A stretch of DNA of 63,578 nucleotides, the filler included, from Platydemus manokwari (lineage: Eukaryota), in the NCBI GenBank assembly GCA_037951405.1. It is 6 parts of 6 records of this genome, joined end to end, with 100 filler letters (N's around TTAATTAATTAA, not from the genome) between each part and the next. Parts side by side here need not be neighbours in the genome. Positions count along the whole stretch, not along the records: positions 53,507 to 63,578 come from JBBMOY011172322.1; 5 more parts are not named here. The stretch is one strand, 5' to 3'. The position numbers were made by a program, and so were the translations under genes. The notes beneath the pieces are model-generated. The model was not told the origin of the DNA and made no database searches. It worked only from the letters and a program-made list of their open reading frames with translations. Of this stretch, positions 54,150 to 63,578 are shown in pieces (position 1 is the stretch's first letter; the number at the start of each line of letters is the position of its first letter).

Positions 54150-54270
54150 GTGAGCGTTCGACGAATATTTTCGCTATAGCAGATCAGTTTGCAAATACGG
54201 TTATCTCTGGAAGAGAAAGTAAAAATGGTGGCTGGTATTGAGAGCATTATTTTTTATAAATGGAAATGGT
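54150..54270 (-). pseudogene. Possible hAT transposase C-terminal dimerisation remnant
   Basis: Minus frame 'KIMLSIPATIFTFSSRDNRICKLICYSENIRRTL' resembles the hAT 'LSIPATSxxxERxFS…R' motif. Short and degenerate. Confidence 0.3.
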
Positions 54271-55384
54271 GTGTATAATATCGCATCAGCCACACAGTAA
54301 AACAATTAACGTTCACACAAATCGATTGGGTTATATTTTCTATTCACATGGCAATATTATTATGACCTGAATTCCTTTGATGACGTATATAAAATGACAT
54401 GTTTGTGCTTCGGACATTTTCTAAGAATCCTATGGCCTTACAGATTGATGTCTACTTGTTATTTCTTTTTAATATACTTCCATCGTGTTTATCGGATCTT
54501 TACAACATCAATATTATTTACGGAAACGATCGATTAGAAAAAATTAAAAAACTTTTTTCATTGAAAAATATTTATTAGTGAAATCTGCTTTTTGTAAGGG
54601 CTGACATGTTTTTCTTTCATTTCCTGTATTGACAATTACTTCTGGAGCCTCTCAATTAATATAAGCCAGCCTTGGCGAGGAATTTATTATTCACTCGCTC
54701 TCTATCTCTCACATTATTCTCTTGAGTCACAAATAAAGGAGAAATAGTAGGCTGGGACTAAACGACGTCTTCAAATTATGAAAGTCGACTCAATTGAGAG
54801 ACTGGGAATCGATGCTATGCATTTCTTGGAATGAGAATGAAAAATACCAATAAAGCTTGAAGAAGATGTAAAAGCAAATGTTTCACATCGAAACAGACAA
54901 CTGAAATGAAAGAAATCGATTATTTCAAAGGATAATATCTAATTATCGCATCAATTTCTGCTGATCAAACCAGGTGAGAAAGTAAGTCGGAATAAAATTT
55001 TTAACGTAAATCTTAATCAAAGAATTTAATGACATAAATATTGGTAATATCGAATATATATATGTCAAACGAAATACTTTGTTTAAATCATAATCGATTT
55101 GAGCTAAAATTTGAAAGTGAAATTGAAATATATTTTTATCAAACGAAAAAAAATTACTGATTAAAGAAGATTTTTTGTTTAAATTTATTCATCGATGATT
55201 TTGTCACTTTTCGGCATGTTCTCTGATATTTGTTTTTTTATTCAATTGAAACAAAAATAAATTTAAATCATCAACTATTAAGTTAATTAAAACAAATAAA
55301 AAATGTATTATCGCTTTCATAATTACTATTGTTTTTCAACACAATCATGATTACTGAATTATCGATTTATTACTTTATGATTGG

Positions 55385-58300
55385 GAGGCGGCTACTGTTT
55401 TATGAAACATACATCGAAAACGAACTGTAAACACATGACAACAAATTATGTGATTATATGAACAAATGTACCTTTATATGAAATCAAAAGTTGCAATGAT
55501 AGGATTATTATATGTGTGATGTGAGATTATGTGAGCTGGCAGAGTTGGAGTTTGATTAATTAAAAATTATGTTTTCACTTAATACTGAGATTTGAAAAAG
55601 CTTATCCATCCATCCAGCCATCTATCTCTAGACAAATCTATAAATTCTTTCGTAAATCGAACATATATAAACCTCAATTGTCTAATATCTGGTCGATTTA
55701 GAATTGAAAAGGAAATTTTCAATTTAAAATTAAATTCGTGATTAAAGTGTCACCCAAAGTGTGAAAACACTTCAAATCTCTGATAGATAAAATGAAATAT
55801 CATCGAGAAAGAATTTGTTTGCCTCATACATGATCTGTTGTTTTTTTTTCTATAATTGAAATCAACAGAGATGTTTAACATATGGATATGGAAATGGGAA
55901 AAAATCAGCTGAGGATTTGATTTTATTTAGAAAAATAATTGATTGTTGTTTCTTTATTATTTCTGTATTCATGATGACATTACAAGTTAAATAAATCAAG
56001 TACTGTTCTAGATTTATTCACAAGTACAATGCCATGACATGTGTATGAAGGATGTGATAGCTTATAATTATTTCTGTTATCGACAAAACTTTAGATAAAT
56101 ATCATTTCCAATCGCAGATCACTTTATGAGTCGATCAGAGATAAACAATTTTATAATAAAAGCTAAACCGAAATTTTAATAATCAAGCTATCACAGCCTT
56201 TTTATTGAAATGCTTTGATTCGCTATTCCAAGATGTTGCAGCTTTGTCCGGGCTCGTGTAACGTTCTTGTTCAGAAGAAACATTCACTGGTTTCAGACTT
56301 TTTCAAAATAAAATAAAATAAAGGCCATTGTCGGATAATAGAAATCGTTCAATCGATAATGAGAGTTGATAAAGTTAAAAATTATCGTTATCAATTATTA
56401 ATGATGATGATTATTATTATTGTTGTAATTATTGAGGTTTAAACCGGGCGGTTTTGTTGTTAATATTATTAGTAGTGGACAAAAATTATACAATAAATCT
56501 CCTCAATCCTAACTGAATTTGCATGACCCATGGAAATATAAACAGAGAAGTAAAAATCAATATTAATCGTCAATCAAATATACTGATTGTTTTAGATTGA
56601 TCCTGTCGGTTTTTAGCGCACATATTCGAATAAATTGAAAATAATCGATTGAATTCACTGGTCATCAAGTGGATGAAATCAATTTCTGAACCCAAAATTA
56701 ACCCCTTCATAACACACACACACAACAATCGATTGTTATTTAAGTCATAAGACGAGATGTTGATCAATTTATCCAGGTCAAATAAGCAGGCTTAATATAT
56801 TTTGAAATCAGTGAATCTGTTATCAGCAATGGAGTATCTTCATTTGAATAGGGTTGAAATCGATGTCGTCGTATCCATTTCCATAGCATTTGACTGTGAA
56901 AAATGTCGTAATTTTTCATTGAAAAATTCAACACAAACTTCCAACACGGCTGTTCAGAGATTGGAATAAACTTTTTCGATTAGAACTGAATACGTTTCAG
57001 TAATCCTTTTTTTCTCCTGGAACTCTTCATTTACTTAATTAAAGTCATCATAATGTTTAAATCAGATCGACGCTCAAAAATATTGTGCTGGATAAAAAAT
57101 CACTTTGTCACCGAGATAATAATTGTTATTGTAAGCTTCTACTATTTTTAAAAATCATTCATTGATTGAAAACGAACTGAAAAGTCACGACATCCAATTA
57201 TATTCCAATTATTTAAACAAACAAATTCGATTTATACAAAAAAAATGTTTAAGAAAAATTAAATTTTATATCAAACTAAATATATGAAAATTTTAATTTT
57301 AAGTTAAAATACTCACAATTATTATTGGCATTTTCTTTTAAATTTATAATTTTCATCATTCTGGATTTATATGACAATTCAAACAATAAAATTAAAATCC
57401 CATTACAAGCAGACATGAATATAAGGATTAAAAAATTAAAAATTCATGATCTAATCAAGTACCAGATTAGTAATAAATTATTTACAAAATCTAATCTCAA
57501 ATAAGCTAATAAATGATTTATCGGAACGAGTCTACGATCAATATGAGTTATCGATGAAACCACTCGAAAAAAAACTCAACCAACCAACAGGACAAGCGAA
57601 AAGTCCTTTGTCCATCTCTAATTATGTCAAAGAAGATCAATGGAAACTTGATTTTTGCGAAAGATAATCCTAAATCAAATATTTGCTTGAAAATTTTGAT
57701 TTTCCTAAATCTAATAAATAGAAGAAAGTAAAACAAAAATTATCTAAAAATACTTTTTTTTCCAATTATTTTTTTGCCGTTAATAACAATGTGAGAAAGA
57801 AACAACTTCCACCGATCGTTGTAAAATTCGTTAACGAAGTTTTTAATGATAAAAGAATTTTTTCTAAAAATTTTTGTAAAAAAAGAAATAAAGTAAATAT
57901 TAAGAATAGAAATTACTAAGTTTATTATAAATTTTTATAAAGATATTTTCTGTTTAAAATGAATACTTATTAATAAAACAGGAATCTCAGCGTCACTTTG
58001 ATAGCTGTAGTCAATTAATCCAGCAATCTTAGATTTTAACATTGGTAGTCGTGTTGCATTCAGAATTTCAATTCGTTTCGCTGTGGTAATTTTCTTCGAA
58101 TGTAAATATTTTTTAATAATAATCCAATTCTTTTACGAAATTTTTGTCAAAAATTATTTTAAAAACTAAAGAAATTTTAAAATAATTCGGATAATTGTTA
58201 TTGTAAGCCACTACTATTTTATAAAAAACGCATTGAAAACGAACTGAAAAGAGTCGACATTCAATTCTATTCAAAGACAATTATATAAACAAAATAAATA

Positions 58301-59990
58301 AAACTTAATATCAAATAAAATTTAATATCAAATAAAATTTAATATCAAATAAAATCTAATATCAAATTCAATTCAATATAAATTCAAATTCAATATAAAT
58401 TCAAATTCAATATAAATTCAAATTCAATACAAATTCAAATTCAACATAAATTCAAATTCAATTTGATATTCTCACAGTTATAAAATTAAAATCAATGTTT
58501 TTAAGTGTTTTCTTAAGCTGTTTTATTTTAATAATTTTAATCTCAGCGTAAATAAAAGACAATTAAATTAATTAAGCCATTTCATAAACTATCGAAACAA
58601 TGAGATCGTATTTAAATATCGATATGTTCCAAGTAAAAAACAATTATTTTAACTTAATCTTTTAGGTAAAACCTTATCAAACTAAACAAACAAAACTGAG
58701 AAAATACCGAACTATTTCAAAACGTTTATGAGAAAGTTCTAAGCTTAGATTTATATATAACAAAGACCAATCAATAATTAAGAAAATATTGACTTAATTG
58801 TTTTATTTTAATCTGCCGGTTAATTCTAAAAACATCAGCAGTAATATCAACACGGTTATTTGACTCATTTACTTTCCTAGGTTTTGTATGATTTTCAATT
58901 TCTTTCATTCATCATTGCTGTAGTTTGATTATTTTTTTGAGATTTTTTCAATTCATGAAATTATTTTGATATCACTTTTTTTTATTAAAAATGCTTCGTA
59001 ATTAAATTCATAAGAATTCCGTGAATTTCTTTCTTCGAAAACAAAATCTCAATTATTTTTTTTGTTCATTAATTTATTCGTTAATATGAACGAAACCCAT
59101 TCAAATATATGTGGTGTCTGTTAGATATCGAAATGATAAATCAAGTCCAGAATAAGTTGGTGGATATCGAAGGAATTATTGAATTCTCAATGTGTTTATA
59201 TTGGTGTCACAAAAACCGCCAACTGTCACTTGAGCGATGGGTCATGATATTAAATCAAAATTCATTCAATCATTGGATCAAAACATTATTTACTGCAGTC
59301 CATTTTGTTAATTCCTTGAGCAATATCAGTGTCCAGATATTTTGTAAAATATATTTTAATAATAATTATTTCATATCATTTATTGTTTTTTCGAATTACC
59401 TGTGATTTCATGGTTTTTATTGTCTAGATTTACCAGTGTAAGCCACTTCGAAATCGAACTGAAATGTCACGACATCAAATTATTTTTAAATATTAAATAT
59501 TTAATTGGATTTTATACAAAAAAGTTTTATACAAAATTTAATTTGTAATTAAAATTTTTAAATTTATAATGCTCACATCCTCCTATCGTAAAAATCTTTG
59601 ATTTTCTTTGTATTTGTAATTAGCATTGTATCGAATTGCTCAAACTCATAATAAACTCCAGTTCTTCTATCGGATTTATATTTTCTTTATATCTTCTTTA
59701 TATGTACTCTACAACGTTTTTATATATTCTTAAAATCTACCCTACATCTACTTTATACTTTCTTTATATCATCTTATTATATATATTCTTTATGGTCTCA
59801 ACATCGCTCTTCTTCCTTCTCACAATTTTCAGTCATTGATTTTCTCAGACTCGAATCCAGATAAGTGGTCGCCATGTAAGTCGGTACTACTTTATAACAC
59901 GAATATTTAAACCAATTAATTTGATTTTATACAAAATAATTTAAACACAATTTGGTCTTTAAAAATTTAAATTCAAATTAAAATGCTCGC
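55385..59990 (+). repeat. Cluster of degenerate copies of an unclassified repeat family
   Basis: Motif 'TGTAAGCCACTACTATTTTAT…GAAAACGAACTGAAAAGTCACGACAT' recurs whole or in part at ~55390, 57130, 58203, 59437 and 59876. 59540-59900 is the reverse complement of 4300-4610. Confidence 0.7.
58305..58462. repeat. Minisatellite: 16-nt (TTAATATCAAATAAAA) units grading into 17-nt (TTCAATATAAATTCAAA) units
   Basis: Directly visible tandem units. Confidence 0.85.
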
Positions 59991-62900
59991 AACCAGATTT
60001 GTTGATTAAACTTTATTCAATCCCTTAACATTGTCATTTTCTTTACTAATCAGAATCCAATATGACCTTCAATCCACGATTTAAATGATTCGATAATTGA
60101 ATTATTCGAATCCAACACCCCATTCAGTCGCTTCAATTATCACTCATCTATTGTGATTGCATTGCGATTCCAAATCAATTTATCTCACTGTTAATAAAAT
60201 ATTTTCAAATGACAAAATTGTTGATAAACAAAACAATAACATAAAAATAATTACAAACTCTTTTTTTTTAATTTAGAAATTGATTTTTATGTTACCAATA
60301 TTGTCTGAAGTCATTTGTTGATTTTGACAAAAAAAGTGAATATGGTAGTATTTGGTGGGATTAATTTTTCTAATTCCAAGATTCCAAGGATTTCAAAAAA
60401 CACATTAAACATTAACCAGTATTAAGTTTGGTAAGTAAAATTTTAGAATCTCGTTACTATAGCGACGACATGGCGTAATTATTTATTATTATATTATTTC
60501 CATCCTATTATCTGTGATAAGACTCTATACAAGTTATTTTTTATTTCTCTTCATTTAAAATTTTAAGATAATGGAGCTGGTGCTAACGATAAGAATACGC
60601 TTCTACAAACTTATCTAATAATGGCCGATCATATGAAATTTAGAAAAATGAGATTTCATTAGGTCTTTATATCGATGTCAAAGAGACTTCGAAAATTACG
60701 AAAACGAAATATGAATCCAAATCGGTTTTTTTAATGTGCTATATTTTTGTCAAAATCTCTTGGACCACGACCGATTAGACAAGTTTGCCTATTATCAGTA
60801 AAATCGAAGAGACGAATTTAATAAATTTAAAAAAAATTATAAAAGCAAAATAATTTTCATAAATTCATTAAAAATGTCGACAATTAGGAAGTACAGTTCT
60901 ATCAAGCTTTGAATTTTCAATTTTTTATGTAAGATTTATAAATCGTTTTAAATTAAAATACTGATATTAATTGGTTAAAATCTCATAATCTCTTTTTTAC
61001 AATTTCGTCCAATAAAATTACTACTTAATGTATTACTTATCGATTAAAGTTACGAAAAGTGGTCCTAAAATAATATTTTTAACTTAATCAATGTATTGCA
61101 TGAAACTATATAGTTTATTTAGTTGTATTGAGTGAAAACATTTTGAATTTTTTATTTAAGAACTTGAGAAGAATTTCATTTTATTGAAATCAAATATTAA
61201 ATAAACAATGGCTTCAAAAATTGATAGATATGTCTGTCTTTAAATATGAGAAACAAATAATTAGATATCCCCAATTAGTTTATAAGTAATAAAAGCTCTA
61301 CATTATTAGTAATCGCCAGAGTTTACGAAGTGGCTTTAAAATGAGAAAATTTAAATTTACAAAATCCAAGAATCACATAGAAGATATTGTTATAAATTTA
61401 GTAAATATTGTGATTAGAATACTAACATGGTTTCACAATTCTGTTTAATTCCCATTTCACATCATAAAAATCGTGCTATCAAACAAATTCCATGAATAAA
61501 TCAAACCTTACCCAATGGTAAAAAATGTCATAAAAATAAAAGAAAAAGTTTTGACAAAATTATTATCATATAAAAGTGGGCGATTGCTTTACAATGAAAA
61601 ACCAAAGTGTGATAATCCTAGAGCTAAAAATTACAACGGAGAGAAATAATGTATTGGATATCATTTAATTGAAGATGGATAGGCCCGTATGACTCATTTA
61701 TACTTCTTATTGGTTTCAAGCGAACTTCCAAATTTTCGTTATTAACACGGCACTGTAAACTGGTTTGAGTGTTTCATCAATCTATGAAACTGAGACATTT
61801 GAAACCCATAGTAATGAAGGACAGTTGATTCATATTATTTTGATCTAAAATTAAAAAAAATTATGAAAACTAATTATTTAGTCCAGATTTGATAAAAGTA
61901 TATTTATAAAATTAAATTATAAAATTACTTCATATACAGCGATGGACCCATTTTAAATAACTGAAACTTTTTTCTTTTCAATAAACAGCGACCATTTCAT
62001 AATCTTAAACATTTACCAAACACGAACCAAACAATGTTTTTCTTCTATCATTGTCACCAGCAAAAATACTTTGACTTAATATTTTAATAATCTTAAATGT
62101 ATTCCCAAAAGATGAATAATTTTTATCGAGAAAATCGAAATCTATTCCCAGTTAGAAATACCATTTTTATTCAATTTAAATTTGTAATAAATTGTAATTT
62201 CATGTCTGATAATTTTGCTTTTGCCAGTGTGGATTTTCGTTTTATTAGTTTTTTTTCCCATTCAATTCGAATAGATATATGCATATATAATTTTAGTTTT
62301 GAAAATTATTACATTCGTTGTTCAGTATGACAATTCAATCGATATTAACTAACAAACAATATAAAGGTTTTTTATGAATGGACTTCATGTTTTATTTTAT
62401 TTATTGTGAATTTATTATTTATGGATTAACGAAACAAAATTTGGAAATAAAATATTGGAAATTGAATACCATTGTTGAGATTCATAAATACAATGGTTGT
62501 TGAATCAAGCATAGTTAAAGTTATTTGTTTTCCATTTATAATTCCTGTAATATTTCAGTTAATAAATTGTTCTCGAGAACATACGAAATAATACAAATAA
62601 CTATTGAATAATAAATATAATCGATAACAGAATCAAAATTTGAAATTTATAATTATTATTTATAAGAGAATAAATTGAAGTACAAATGAAGAATGAAATA
62701 TTTATACTTCGATTTTATAATTCTACCATTTCCGATCAAAGCCAAAGAATGCGATAAAATGGCATGAATTAAATTGTAGTTGTAAGAAGATATTGATGAA
62801 TGCCTTGATTAATTCATATTACAACAATGGCAGAATTCGATGAAACAATTATCAGAACTATGTCGATTGAATATTGTTTTTTGATGATTTACTGATGGAA

Positions 62901-63578
62901 TCATCTGTCATTCCAATGGATAGTTCACTGACGGGTATATTTGCTTAATATCTTATATAAATCAGTATAAACAAGTACCTTCGATCAAAAAATTTATGAT
63001 TTTTTCATTAATGAGTTCAAAACTATTTATTCATCCTTTTTACTGCTCGATCTTTTTAACGTACTGTAAATGTACTTGCGTTCCAAGTCCGCATATGGAT
63101 AACAGATACATTTCATAGCTAATTTTTCAAATTTTAAAACTCAATTACCACGTTGTTGATTAAAGCGCCATGAGCTTTGTCATATTTTTCATAAATGATG
63201 ATAAATAATGAAATTCAAATTACCATAATTATTATCAATTCCCAAAATTTATTCACATTCAACTATTGTTTCAAACAAATTTAATCACATTATTGACATC
63301 ATCTATAATGTACGAAAGTTGTAACAGTGCTGTTAATTCTAAAGTCTCACATATAAAAAAGCCTTTGTAAAAAGCAATGAAATTCATCCGTATCAATTTT
63401 TTTCTAGTGAATTATAATATGCTGGTAGCTAATGAATTCAATAGAATAACCGTGTTCATAATATTCGTTACAACTTCAATTACTTTAATAACGCGTTGAC
63501 AATTGAGTCAATTGATGGAAATATAACCAAATATGTTACAATTTTTTTCAGAAAATAATCTGTTGAATTTTTTAATTG

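Noticed and set aside
1-63578. Alternative genetic code, suggested by many stop-interrupted coding-like blocks
   Set aside because: LMBR1, UBE2V, ZC2HC1A and the ZU5 gene translate cleanly with the standard code, so the stops reflect decay.

Overview
Very AT-rich eukaryotic (invertebrate-type) scaffold built from six contigs joined by artificial 100-nt N/TTAATTAATTAA/N spacers; order and orientation across spacers are not guaranteed. Host genes, several with short GT-AG introns: a spliced coiled-coil + tandem-ZU5 (DTHD1/ankyrin-like) gene on the minus strand (8870->3346, probably continuing off the left edge), one exon of a 4-coumarate-CoA ligase/luciferase-like acyl-CoA synthetase (9683-9765), ZC2HC1A-like (34177->30622), an intronless LMBR1-like gene, a 376-aa orphan ORF and UBE2V/MMS2. 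A small antisense ORF with PP1-docking-like motifs sits inside or just past the ZU5 gene, with a partial duplicate in one of its introns. Mobile DNA: a TTAA-flanked, full-length decayed piggyBac nested in a pogo (Brinker-DBD) transposase; three decayed copies of a restriction-like-endonuclease non-LTR retrotransposon carrying remnants of a Ulp1/SENP-type (C48) protease (NeSL-clade-like); candidate solo LTRs; and a dispersed/tandem repeat family. No rRNA, tRNA or CRISPR array was recognised. All calls come from manual translation and motif recognition; no database search was run.
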